A stretch of 62,269 nucleotides of DNA, filler included, from Gonapodya sp. JEL0774 (taxonomy: Eukaryota): the NCBI GenBank assembly GCA_027604505.1. It is 26 parts of 26 records of this genome, joined end to end, with 100 filler letters (N's around TTAATTAATTAA, not from the genome) between each part and the next. Parts side by side here need not be neighbours in the genome. Positions count along the whole stretch, not along the records: positions 9,648 to 11,956 come from JADIIX010002037.1; positions 12,057 to 14,365 come from JADIIX010002038.1; positions 14,466 to 16,771 come from JADIIX010002039.1; positions 16,872 to 19,174 come from JADIIX010002040.1; positions 19,275 to 21,576 come from JADIIX010002041.1; 21 more parts are not named here. One strand, written 5' to 3'. A program made the position numbers and the translations under genes. Of the stretch, positions 9,648 through 21,421 are shown in pieces; position 1 is the stretch's first letter; each line of letters starts with the position of its first letter. The notes beneath the pieces were generated by a model that was not told where the DNA came from, did no database searches, and was given only the letters and a program-made list of their open reading frames with translations.

Positions 9648-11944
9648 TCCCGTACCCTGCCGAGACCGTGGTCTTGGTCGACCCTGATCGGTACTTTCTC
9701 CACCGCCACCGGAGGAAAACGCAGCAGGAAGCGTAGCCGTGTAAGAATCCTCACCACCGCCTCCGCCTCCAGAGTCTGAAGCTATGGAGTTGCGAATGGC
9801 GTTCCGCAATTGCGAAGGACCTGGCCCACCATTCGATCTTGACCGGGAGCGCGGTAACCGGAACAGCTGTGAGCTCCCTTGGGAGCTGGCTTGCGAGCTC
9901 GGCGGGCCCTGTTGTCCTGACGAGAGATTGACGGATCCTTGTGCAGATTCGTACAACTGCCGCACATTTTGTCGGATCGAGTCGTTCCCTTCGTCCAATT
10001 GCATGCTATTGGATCCTTCAGAGGATGTACTGGGAGGAACACCCGAGAAAGAAATCTTGCGTCCACCCGCTCCGCCTTGTTGCAAACTCTTCAAATTCCT
10101 CGGTATGGGCGGCAAAGCCGAACTTGCCGTGGACGGTGCGGCAGATATCGGAGGGGCGACAGCGCTATATGAGTAGGGGTTTGCGGAGTTTGGCATGGCG
10201 GACTGGGGATATGCGGAGGCTCCTGGTGTATCGACAAGCGGTGAGAAAGTCCCAACGGGGTCGAGGAAGGAGATAGGACGCATAGAGCCCAGCCCACCCG
10301 CCGCACGGGTCGGACGAGCGCTTGGCGGAAAGGCGGACGAGGGAGTTGCAGCGGTTAGTGGGCCCCCGGGTGTAGGGGATGGCTCTGCAAGTGCAGGAAT
10401 GGGGTCCAAGAAGGTTCGAGATTTTCGTCGAGCCAGACGGACACTCGCTGCATTGCTGGTAGGAGTATCACGAGTGATTTGGTCGTCTCGATCGGATTGT
10501 TGTGGACGAATGGGGCCGGAGCCGAAACCTTTGAAGTTCTTGTCGCCACCGTCGCCTGTCGCGACAGTATCGAGATAGTTGGAGTAAGGGGCGGATTCTA
10601 AGTGATAGTAAGCAATGTGGAGACGAAAAAGGTAACTGTTAGTTATTCGTTCGGCGAGTAATACTGCTGACAAACCACAACTCACCCAGGGATTCTCTTC
10701 GTCTCTTCCTCCATTGATAATATGCGAATCCGCCGGCAAATAGCACCAACAGAGTTGTTCCACCTACAACACCACCAGCAATCAAACCCACAGGTGGAGC
10801 GGGAGCAGCTACGAGATTGTTCGGACTGGTGCCGGCAGTTGCACCCGAGTTGGCGCCTGTAAGAGAGCCGGAGGGAAGGGAATTGATTTGAGAGAGCATC
10901 ATAGGGGTCGTAGCGGTTGTCATGCCGCTGGTGATAGTCATGGTGCCACCCGCCATATTGGAAGTGAGGGCGGAAGAGGACTGAGCACTCGCGACTCCAG
11001 CACCCCCTACGACCGGTGTGGTGGTGGGGGTACCCATGGACGCGAGAGAAGATTGCACATCGGGTGCCGTTGTGGGGGTGGGGACATTCATACTAGAGGT
11101 TGGGGCGGGAATCGGAACGGTGGCTGGGGGAGTGACTGTTGCCGCCACGGCAGGCGATGAAGCAGCGGGTGCGACATTTCCGCATGTGCCAAAAGCAGTT
11201 TGACAGCCGGTCCCACAGCTTTGTAAGTCCGACAATGTTTGTGCAAAAGTGTCAGTTCCCAAAACTGCCAGACAGAAGATAACGAGATTGGACTTACTGC
11301 ATGTCCGATGTGCCGCAGAATCCTGAAAGATCCACGGATCGTGAATTACACAAGAAAGGAAAGCGGCAAAAGAAGTTAGTATGCATATCACTCGTCTCTT
11401 CGTCTCTTGAATCCAACCTCAACATACCAAACTGCGAGCAGCACAGTCCCTGTGGGCACATCGCCTGCACACCCAGTCCACAGAGTCCGTTTGTGGACTG
11501 TACAGGTGTTGCACCAGCAGCAGGTGCGCAGAGACCGAATCCTGCTTGACAGCCCGCTCCACAGCTGATAAGGAAGTTTGGGAGATGACACTCCGCCCAA
11601 AAACGAAAACACAAATCTTACTCACTAGGACGCATCGGCTCCACAAAATCCTAAGCATTTGGAAAAAGCAGCGACACATGTCACGGAGAGGTTCCGTTGG
11701 TCATTGTATGGTTTGCGGTGAGTGCGGACCCTTGGTGGTGTCTGACTCAAAATACGGGTGACCACTCACCAAACTTGGAGCAACAACTCGGCGCTGCACA
11801 CATCATTCCAGTGGTACCTCCGCATTGTCCGTTTGTCGACAGGGCAAGCTGTGCGTGTGCCTTTTGCGGTATGAGGCACACACATAATGAAGCCAGCAAC
11901 ACGATGGCAACTGGCCGCATCGAAAGTCCATTTCGGGGCATCAT
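9648..11944 (-). CDS. Type I membrane protein: signal peptide, two hevein (CBM18) chitin-binding domains, Ser/Thr/Pro stalk, TM helix, long disordered cytoplasmic tail (3' truncated)
   Basis: Spliced STNGQCGGTTGMMCAAPSCCSKFGFCGADASYCGAGCQAGFGLC and STNGLCGLGVQAMCPQGLCCSQFGFCGTSDMHCGTGCQTAFGTC; TM GLIAGGVVGGTTLLVLFAGGFAYY followed by QWRKRRR. Confidence 0.85.
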
Positions 11945-12056
11945 GGACCGCCCGATNNNNNNNNNNNNNNNNNNNNNNNNNNNNNNNNNNNNNNNNNNNN
12001 TTAATTAATTAANNNNNNNNNNNNNNNNNNNNNNNNNNNNNNNNNNNNNNNNNNNN

Positions 12057-12133
12057 TGTGTGGTTGGGCGTCAGGAATATTTTCTAAAACCCTCACTTAA
12101 GTGAGGTCAATTAGTGCGGGGGGAAAGGGTTAA
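12057..12133. mobile_element. Putative piggyBac-like element end
   Basis: ...GGGGGGAAAGGG followed by TTAA at 12130-12133 (reverse strand TTAA-CCCTTT); perfect 16-bp palindrome CCTCACTTAAGTGAGG at 12091-12106; only one end visible. Confidence 0.4.
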
Positions 12134-12160
12134 ACTACTTTATCAGAATGAAATCTGTTC

Positions 12161-12520
12161 TTACAATTGCTCCTTCCTTTTCCTTTCCACTCTTCTCACA
12201 ATGTTAGACACAGACTGCTGTGTAATGCTTAACCCATATTTCCTCTTGACCATTTCCACCCCATCTGCTTGGGTCCTTCCATTCTCAGCCTCCAGCCATG
12301 CAACTAGCGCCCATTCCTGAATTGATGATAGCTTTCTCTTCCGGCCAGAGATCTTCTTGGGTTTTGTTGTGCTGAGTTTGATCCATCTGTGGATTGTTCG
12401 TATCGAAACTTGAGACGCCTTTGCAATGTCAGCCACCTTGACACCAGCACTGTAGAGGGCATTGGCTACTGCACGTAGTTGTTGAACATTGAGATCTTGA
12501 GTCTTCTCAGAACTAGACTG
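12161..12520 (-). CDS. Stand-alone tandem HTH protein homologous to the DNA-binding domain of the adjacent transposase
   Basis: LRAVANALYSAGVKVADIAKASQVSIRTIHRWIK...GRKRKLS...QADGVEMVKRKYGLSITQQSVSNIVRR; frame open upstream of the called GTG with no ATG, so probably a spliced 5' exon. Confidence 0.7.
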   Translation of the reverse strand, partial: QSSSEKTQDLNVQQLRAVANALYSAGVKVADIAKASQVSIRTIHRWIKLSTTKPKKISGRKRKLSSIQEWALVAWLEAENGRTQADGVEMVKRKYGLSITQQSVSNIVRRVERKRKEQL

Positions 12521-12956
12521 TCGTTCTTCATGAAAGGCAAATCAGATGCATGTTAATGGGGGAATCAATTTCCAGGAATGTGGATTCCAGACCAATCACC
12601 AACCCTTTTGCAAGCACAACTTGCAGATACCTCCAAACCTTGGGAAAAGGTATGTGTTGGCTTTAGAGCATGTGGGACAAACCCCTCTCCTCTGCTGCCT
12701 TCTTCGATGTTCTTGATGACTTTTGCAGAGGCTTCTGATTCCATGGTTTTTGTGGAATGCTTCTTGATAGCATCCTTGGATGGAGCAAACACCCGAAGTA
12801 GGGATAGGGATTAGTCCATTCATTGTGGAGTACAGTGTTCTTGTAAAGGGCAGGAGTTAACTTGTTGCACAGGTGGATCAGAGGGAATCGAATGCTGTGG
12901 AAAGGATGCGATTGCCAGTGAAACCCTTAGCCACTCATTTTCGTTTTTTTCCATAA

Positions 12957-14365
12957 ATGAAAGAGCGGCAAAGACTGCTTCAGAGCTGCAAAGTCCTCCA
13001 TCATGTTCAGAAAATTCCAGTCCCTGTACTCTCTCAGGCATATGGTGTTTGCGAAAGAACTATCTACAAGTGGTTGAGAAGTGAGCCAACAACAAGTCAT
13101 CACAGCTGCTGTCGTCGTGGCAGACACCCTGCCTGCTCCAAAGAGGTTGAGAAAGTTATTTGCAAATGGATGATGGCGGATTGTGGACTTCGCCAGATTG
13201 ATGCAGTGGATATGGTCCTTCAGCATTATGGGGTTCGTTTGAGTCAACAGACAGTATCGAATATTCTCAAACAAAACAATGTAACTCGAAAACGCCTTGT
13301 TGGCGCATATGATCGGCAGCGTGGAAAGGAGGATCAGGTGCGGGAGTTCCAAGAGATGATTACATCTTTACCATCTCAGACCTGGTGTGCCATGGATGAA
13401 ACTGGATTCAAACTGGACGACATACCACGTTATGGCTATGCACCAAAGGGGACAACTCCATACTGCAGGAAATCTGCAGCCAGGAGGGAACACTACACAC
13501 TCCTCCTGGCCATCAGGTTCATTCCAACAGATAGTCCTGCAGACCCTGAAGTTCCCCCAAGTCCAGTTGTGGCCTGGAGGCTTGTCAAAGACAGTGTGAA
13601 CACCAAGATGTTCCAGAGATTCTTGCAGGACGGCATAGCCAGCAAGGCACCCCAGGAAGGATTTAATCTGGTGTTGGACAATGCCCGCATCCACCATGCC
13701 ACAAGTTCATGTCGTGACCAGGGCATACCAACTATTGCTCAGACAGCCAGAGCAGGAAATGTCCACCTGAGATATCTTCCGGCCTATTGCCCCATTCTCA
13801 ACCCTTGCGAGTTGGCATTCGCCTTGATCAAATCCCGATACACTCGCCCTGCCCGCCCCAAAACTGAGGATCAATTAGTTTTGGCAGTAGAAGGAGGCCT
13901 TGCAGCATTAATGAAACAGAAGGTGAACAATATGTTTCGTCACTGTTTCTTGCATGCAAGGCTCCCTCAGGTGCTGGAAGAGGAGGAGAACAATGATGAC
14001 CACAAGGCATCAGCTGCAGGAGGTGGACACTGCCATGCAGGAGAAGAGCCAAACACAGTGCATAATGGTTTACCAACAGAGAACAACAAGAACTTAGCTC
14101 TAGGTGCAGCACAGCCTTTGCCAAAAAGGTGTTGCCAGAAATGCCAAACGGAGAAGTCAAGGAGCTGGTTTGTTACAGACAAGTTTGAACTATGCTCTCT
14201 GTGTTATGCTATAAAAAATTTGCAAGGTGGTGCAGATGACACTGAGGAGATACGGACAAGGGAATCAGGAAGTGAGGAATCGTCCGCGTCATTACCCCGT
14301 GCTGGTGGTCGGATGGTTGCATTACTGGAGCTGCTTGAAAGGCTTCCCAACAATTCGAGCATGCA
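12957..14365 (+). mobile_element. IS630/Tc1-mariner superfamily transposase (HTH + DDE) with C-terminal extension carrying a C4 zinc finger; 3' truncated
   Basis: YGVCERTIYKW HTH; AMDETGF, YGYAPKG, LVLDNARIHH, YLPAYCPILNPCE; CQKC-X16-CSLC at 14133-14204; no introns. Confidence 0.9.
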
Positions 14366-14465
14366 NNNNNNNNNNNNNNNNNNNNNNNNNNNNNNNNNNN
14401 NNNNNNNNNTTAATTAATTAANNNNNNNNNNNNNNNNNNNNNNNNNNNNNNNNNNNNNNNNNNNN

Positions 14466-16766
14466 AGAAGAATGGGCACGGTTTTGTCTTTCAATTCAGC
14501 AAGCTCCATGTCCGCACGTGTGCGGGCCTCACGCAAATCGGCGAGCTCCGCAGTCAATCCCGAAAGTTTCTCAGTAAGCCTCGTCTCCGCATCATTAATG
14601 CGGGACTCGTAAAACGCGCGCTGGGCTTCCAGTTGTGAGGCCAAAAGCGCCGTGTACTCAAGTCCGATGTCTTCCAGTTTTGAACGGTGAACGAATGGCG
14701 ACGAAGAACCTTGTAAAGCAGATCGAGGTGGGGAACTGGTAGCTTCGAAACCAGCACTGTCAGCTAGAGCAGAACTTTTCCCACGATCGGTGAGAGCACC
14801 AGCACTATGAGGATCGCCCTTGCCGCCCACGTTTCTTCGTTCTACCGAACGGGTTTGTCCACTTAATCCGCCCCCTTCGCTTCCATCCGCAACAGAACCG
14901 CCCTCATCCCGGCCAACCAACGACATGCCTGCTTCGTCCAATCCAGGACCAACCTCGACAAGCTTCCCACTCCCGTCAACTACGACTCGGTGGACGTAAC
15001 CATCACCAACATAATCCCACACCCTTTGGCTGCCCAATTCCATGGCATACACGTGCGCGGTGCTTTTCCAGTGGTCTGTAGCATGTCCACCTGCGTAGCG
15101 TCCGCAGCCAACGTTTCCGCATACCAAGCAGATCCACAAGTCAGATGCCCGTGTCGAACCACAAGCAAAGCACGATGATGATGGGGGGGCGAGTGGGTCT
15201 GGAGTGGTGGTGGATCGGCAAATGGGGCAGGTCAATGGCTCCCATTTGGTGAGACAGGTGGAATGGAACGTATGGCGGCAAAGTGTGGTGAGGAGGCCAG
15301 TTGTGTGTGGATCCATGCGATCGAGACAGACGGGACACGTTGGGAGTTCTATCGGCGAGGAAACAGGATCTAGTGGGATATTCGGCATATTTGAAACAAT
15401 TGGCGAGCTGGTCGACACATTGAAAAGGCGTTCTGGGTCAATTGGAATGGTCTGTGCGCTGGGTCCTGGCGCAGCAGTCGAATCCATTTCCTTGGCGACA
15501 AACTCCACACCAGATACGTTGACGACCTGGCAGACTTCTTTCCCTAACGAACTGAATTTCCGACCTATAAACTCTGTACGGAACGTCTCTGCATGCGGCT
15601 GGCTCTGAAACTTGAGCAGAACCATGTACCTATTTGGCAGGGAGTCTCGAAGGAAGCGAAGGTGGGCAATGTGGCGGAGGTGACTGGGTGTAATGAATGA
15701 GAGGAAATCAGAGGTGGTCATGTAGGGTGGGACTGCCAAAATGGCCAGTATTTGGGAATCCCCAGGCGAATCGGAGTCAGAAGGGCCTTGATTGGCAGCC
15801 AAGTTATTGTCTTCATCGCTAACTGAACGTTGCTGGGGTGTGGCCTTTATGCGCAGCGAGTCTAGTTCGTGGGCTTCTCTGTAGAGATGAATTACTCCAG
15901 AGTTGAAAGTGGAGTTCCCAAATGCATGTGGAATGAACACTGCGGAGGTCGGAAGCACAGCATGGTCTTGCAGGTCAAGTGCCTCAGAGAGCTCGTCGGA
16001 GATAGGTGAAACAGCAGCTGCCGAAGCCGCGAAGACTTCACTCTGACTGGGGTTTTTGGGATTCCGATGACGGCCCACAGTTGTCCAAGTCTCATCGCCC
16101 GACCTGTTTTTCATTCTAGTGACAGCGTTTCTTGCCTCGATCGAGTCCGCGGGTGGTTGCAGGTCTTCGCGTATGTCCATCCAGTCAATAGATATTGGGC
16201 CGAACCTGTAGTCTGAAGCTGGGTTCTCAGTCGATCTCCGTGCTCTAGGTGCTGAAGTCGCCGTTCCAGCGATATCGCGCTGTGATTTCACAAGTTCTGA
16301 GCTTTGGCTTACTGACTCTCCGCCTGAGTGAGCTGAATATGACTCTGGCTTCTCGAGAACAGGATCCCCCTTTCGCCCAACCTTTTTCAAGTTTCGATCA
16401 CGCGTAAATGCAATTTTATACGAAGGAAGAAGAGGAGTGTCGAAAATATCGGCCGGATAAGCGCAAGGAGGAGAAGCTAGGGCCAATCCGTAATTGAACG
16501 ACAACCAAATCGCATCTTGAGCCTCAGCACTCGTTTGAAACTATCCCCTTGCGCTTTCCAGTCATCGAGTACTTACGTGTGATCGGCTTTGATTCGCTCT
16601 CAGAGGCGGACTGGGAAGTGAGGGCTTGTCTCGTAATCAGCCGAGTACCACTGTCTACTTCCGTTGCAGGTGTAGCTTGCACACTCGAGAGTGAGTTCGG
16701 TGGAAGGAAGAGCTCGATGACAATTTTGTAGGTGTAGTTGTACGTATTCAGAGCTTGGTTGCTCAT
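14466..16766 (-). CDS. ETP1: BRAP2/Etp1-family RING + ZnF-UBP ubiquitin ligase (3' truncated)
   Basis: ILAILAVPPYMT...PNRYMVLLKF (BRAP2 domain); ELPTCPVCLDRMD...TTLCRHTFHSTCLTKW (RING-H2); LWICLVCGNVGCGRYAGGHA...QRVWDYVGDGYVHR (ZnF-UBP); SQLEAQRAFYE coiled coil. Confidence 0.92.
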
Positions 16767-17053
16767 GAAGANNNNNNNNNNNNNNNNNNNNNNNNNNNNN
16801 NNNNNNNNNNNNNNNTTAATTAATTAANNNNNNNNNNNNNNNNNNNNNNNNNNNNNNNNNNNNNNNNNNNNGATGTGGTGGGAGCCGCTGCGTTTCTGTA
16901 GTGATGGGTGTTGGGGTCTTCGTCCCAAAAGTAGAACCCGAGGGAGGACGCGAGACTGCCAAAGGGGGAAGTTGTTCTCGCGAGTGGCGACAGAGGCCCA
17001 CCAGGGGTAGCTGCTCCGGGTGTTCCAGGATCCTGTAAACAGTAGACGCGGCG

Positions 17054-18649
17054 TCACAGCAGCCGGATAAACAGGCCAGATATCACCCCGGGGCATACCT
17101 GCCCAGGATCGTTCCGTTCGAGCACAAGCTGTCGCTTGTCAGTAAGCCACTCCATCCATATCGTCATGAGGTACTCGGCTGTCCGGGTGGAGTAGTCAAA
17201 GTTGAGGAATGCCAGAAGCGAAAGAGAAGAGCTGAAATGGAATCGAGAGTCGCGAACGATGGAGCGGTCGGATATTAGTCCCACTTGAATACTAAAGCAC
17301 CTGTCTTCGATCCAAGAAGCAGCAAAACAGTCCTGTCGTATGTCAAGAGCATCCAACTCACCCGAACCGGAGCCACCCTGTTGCCTCCAAGACACGGAAC
17401 ACCGCCAGCTGTCTTCGCTTCCTGATGTACCGATATGCTCTCTTCTGCTTCTCTCTAGGGCTCAGATTTGCCGCCTGCTTGGCGGGCCCGTGCTCCGCCA
17501 GGAACGTTGTGAGCATGACGTTGTCCTTGTCCTTGTTCTCCAAGACGCTCACGAACTTGTACTCCACGTAAAAGAGCCAAAAGACCGCCACAATAGAGTA
17601 AAGGAAAATGACGGAGACGATGAAAAACATGACCGAGTCAGCTCCGAACACAACGGCACCTGCATATCGCCAGGTGCTCAGCAGACGGGCGGTGAGATCG
17701 GCATCAGCGAACATGGCGGTGAGAGAGTTCCAGCCGTCGGTGTACCAGTTGGATGTACCATTCATGATTTGCAGAAATGTGAGGAAGTTGATGATGTGAG
17801 TGTAGACCAGTGTGGAAAGGCCGATGAGGAATGTCGCACATCCTATCCACCTAGAGCAACAGTGTGAGCAACACTTCGCATGGAAAGAGAAAAAAGCGTC
17901 TCTTACTACCATCCAAGCGTGATTTTACACTGAGTTTCGATAACCAGGTGAAGTTGAAGTTGCTGGGCAGTGTCAAGAATATCCCTTTTCTCTAGTAAGG
18001 GCCCACCAAACTGATAAACGGTGCTGGTAATATCCTCCTCATGGTCGGCATCTCCGACAACTTCGCAAAATGGGCGACGAAGAGTGCAGAGGTGAAGCTA
18101 GATCCATACATGATTGATCAGTTAGTCCGAATGTCATCACCAGGCACGACGGACGTCGGCATGAAAATCAGTAGTCAAGACGATGAGATATCATCAGCTT
18201 ACCGGTCGGTAAAAGTAGTGCCCGTTGGGAAACTTTGCTCGACCTTTCCCCTCTGGCCAGACCGCCACACCTCCATTCGCCGCCGTCGCAGAGTGACCCA
18301 CTCCTACTGCTCCCTCAGCAAATTCGTCAAAAATGTCATCGAATTTGTCCACGACTCCTTTGATCTTGTTACCAACTTGCCGTGTCACTGATTTGAGGTT
18401 GTCCAACTCAAGATCACCAAGCGAAAGCCGAGCAGGTTTGCGGCTCGGTCCATCATGGTCGTCAGCGGAAAGTTTCGTCCGCTGTACCAGATGAACTTCC
18501 GGAACGCTAGTTTGGGGAGGGACTGCGGGTGCTGACCATCTCCGGCTGGGATCGTGTGGAGGGAAGGTGAGGGTGGAGGGAGAGGACAATGTTGTCTCGG
18601 AATCCACGTAGTTGCGTCTGTAAGGATCCACGTGGGAGTATGGATCCAT
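17054..18649 (-). CDS. Hypothetical membrane protein (multi-exon, two hydrophobic segments)
   Basis: Exons joined by GT-AG introns; hydrophobic WIGCATFLIGLSTLVYTHIINFL and VMFFIVSVIFLYSIVAVFWLFYV; no family recognised. Confidence 0.55.
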
Positions 18650-19100
18650 TTATTAACGGAAGGCGTCGCTGATGCGCCTGTCGAGACCCTTTGCAACGCC
18701 TGACAACGTCTGCAGGTCTGTGAGGGCCTTTGGTCCTTTGGGCGACCTGCACATGAACTGAGTCCCGCTTCCGACACATTATGTTTTTGCATTGAACAGG
18801 CTTTCTAAATGTTCCGTTTTCAGGCAAGAGTTTCATGTAATTTACTTGTACATGTTTGGGTACTTCTGTGTTCACTGTTCGCCATTGAACTTGACCAGTC
18901 CTTTTAGAGCAAAGATCATTATAATCATTTATTGCCCTTTGAAGAACGATGGTTTGGCTTTTGTGGGTTCGAACTTACGTGTTGTCATGGGCTGCATTAT
19001 CCAACGGAAAATTTGGTGGTTCCCCAGGCAAACGGAAGAATCCAGTCAGAGGGTTATATATCCGACAAAGAGCCTTCACGTTGCTTTTTACTTAGACAAA

Positions 19101-19174
19101 ATGCCTCCCGTGTCTACTGAAGATTCAAACCTCCACGAGACCGTCCAGAAAGCGTATGCAGGATGGGCAGTTGG
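19101..19174 (+). CDS. 5' fragment of a gene, weakly like the N-terminus of arsenite methyltransferases
   Basis: MPPVSTEDSNLHETVQKAYAGWAV; too short to be sure. Confidence 0.25.
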
Positions 19175-19274
19175 NNNNNNNNNNNNNNNNNNNNNNNNNN
19201 NNNNNNNNNNNNNNNNNNTTAATTAATTAANNNNNNNNNNNNNNNNNNNNNNNNNNNNNNNNNNNNNNNNNNNN

Positions 19275-20447
19275 TGATGCTGTTGCCAACAAAGTATTCC
19301 TTGCATTTGGATCCAGAATAACTCTTCCAATCTTCAAATCAACAAACTTATGAGGTCCCTGAAATCTGACAGATAGAGATCCACATCCAGAAGCCAAAGA
19401 GTTGGCCCCTTTTGCAGCTAAAGCTAACATGACAGGTTGTGGAGAAAAGTCCACCAGAGCATCACTTAAAGACGTAATGCAATCTGTTGCAGCTGAATCA
19501 ATAAGAATTCTGTGTTGAGAACTTGCAGCCAAGAAACACAGAGCCTTATCACTGGGTCCAAATTGATCAACATCAGCAGTTGCAAGACAAGTTTTTGCAT
19601 GCTCAATCTCCATTTTCAACTTATCTGTTTTCTGGCCACTTGCAACGGGGTCTTTGCAAGGTCCCTTGTGGGGACTAAGGCCATCTCCCTTCGACACCCC
19701 CGCACCCCAATTTGCTGCAGGTGGAGTTGTGGGTGATGCCGGCCAGGAAAACCTGGACTTAAAACCACTCTTCTGATTTCCCCCTTCTTGTCTCCTGCAA
19801 TTTGCCTGAAGGTGGCCAGTCAATCCGCAGTTGACACACCTGATCAAAGGTTTACAGCTTTTCTCATAAGACTCTCTCATTTCAGCAGAACGTAAGCCAT
19901 TAACAACTTCAAGAAAGCTAGCATTGCTTCTTTGGAACCAAATTGTGGCTTCCACTGGATACTTTGACTTAACAGCAGCCAGGAAATAATGGATCTTATC
20001 AATCTCGGCAACTGGTTCATCAGGACTTATTTCTGACAAGCGTTTGAAGCAAGTTGTAAGATTCTGCAGCAAATCCAGTATACTGGTTTGTAACTTCATG
20101 TTTTGAAGTTTTGAGAGCAGGACAAATCTCTCTGAAATCAACTTTGGCTCATAAAGTGTCTTCAAATTGACCCAGTTGTCAGCAGCTGATTTATCCTTCT
20201 GCAGGACTCCACACAATTCATCAGCCACTGTAGCATACAATGCTGCCAGTACTACATTGTTTTTCTTGTCCCAAACACTTTGGAGTTCAATTTCAGTTGG
20301 ACGTCCTTCCTTCCCATTCAAGATCCCAAGCAAGCCTTGCGCATCCAGCTCAACCTCAACTTTGTCTCTCCACCCTGCAAACTTTTCTGCAGACTCTAAC
20401 ACTCCCACAGTTTTCTTGAAAGAGTGGGAGGAAAAGTTAGTCTCCAT
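19275..20447 (-). mobile_element. Ty1/copia gag-protease ORF (3' truncated)
   Basis: FAGWRDKVEVELDAQGLLGILNG...WDKKN (gag), zinc knuckle CVNCGLTGHLQANC, protease ILIDSAATDCIT. Confidence 0.9.
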
Positions 20448-21136
20448 TTCTGTATGCCCCTCACACACTTGTCAACACCAAACTGCCAAGAACTTCAAAA
20501 ATGGGAATTCCAGATCCTTCTGAGCAAACAAAATATAGAATTTGATGAGACAATTCTAGTGATACCAGAAAAGTCTGATGTAACAAGTTTGAAGAGAGTT
20601 GGAATGATCAGCAGAACTCTCAACACAGCACCACCACCCAAAGTTCACAAGATTTCGTTTTGACCTAAAAATTCCACAGTAGAAACGTCCTAATGACTCG
20701 AGTTTGACGCTTGAATCGCCCTTAACACAAGCGGCTGACCGTGGAGAGAAGTGACCAAGAAAAGGTCTTCGATTTTTCGGGTTTCGGGGTTTTGATCACC
20801 AACAGCTGCTCGGATTCCAAAAACGACAACCCCAATCGATTCCCCGTGTAAAATAGCGTCGGAATCGACTACTCAAAGTCCAAATTTGGCCTCAAATTGA
20901 GGTCCAAAATTGTCCTTTTGATTCGCCACAAGAATCCACGATTCTCTATCAATTCTCCACGAAAAGACGTCGAACCAACGTCAATCGATGGCAAATGGAA
21001 GCGTTATTGCCTCCACGAAATTGCAAGTTCAACGGTCAGCTGATTCACAAGCGATTGCGCCTAGAGTTTTCAACTCAGCACTTCTAGAGTACCACACTCC
21101 ACTGATTCTGATCTGGTTTAAGCACGTTGAGGTTCC

Positions 21137-21148
21137 GGGCTCATAACC
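21137..21148 (-). promoter_or_regulatory. Copia primer-binding site
   Basis: GGTTATGAGCCC on the minus strand immediately after the LTR end ...CAACA; copia-type PBS matching an internal part of initiator tRNA-Met. Confidence 0.85.
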
Positions 21149-21421
21149 TGTTGAGTGGCATGATTTGCTTATTCGAACACGCTCACCCAAAATGGCGTAT
21201 CTACTACATCTGTGGCCACAGCACTGTCCCAAGTGTGTGCACTAAGTCACCCACGTTCCCTAGTGTACCTCACTAACCAATAACGCTAGAACAAAACTGC
21301 AGAGGACAAACTTGTAGAGAATTTTATGGCGAGTAAATTTTGCTCCATTAAATATTCCCGAATTCCAACTCCCCGTGGCGCTAGAGCCGTCCGAAATGTC
21401 AATACCACCAATATCTCAACA
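21149..21421 (-). mobile_element. 5' LTR (273 bp) of the copia element
   Basis: Bounded by TGTTGA...TCAACA inverted termini; abuts the PBS. Confidence 0.85.

Noticed and set aside
12957..14365. Possible Fanzor/TnpB cargo with the IS630-like transposase
   Set aside because: No RuvC motifs are visible; the single C4 finger is GATA-like and in frame with the transposase. Sequence beyond the contig end cannot be judged.
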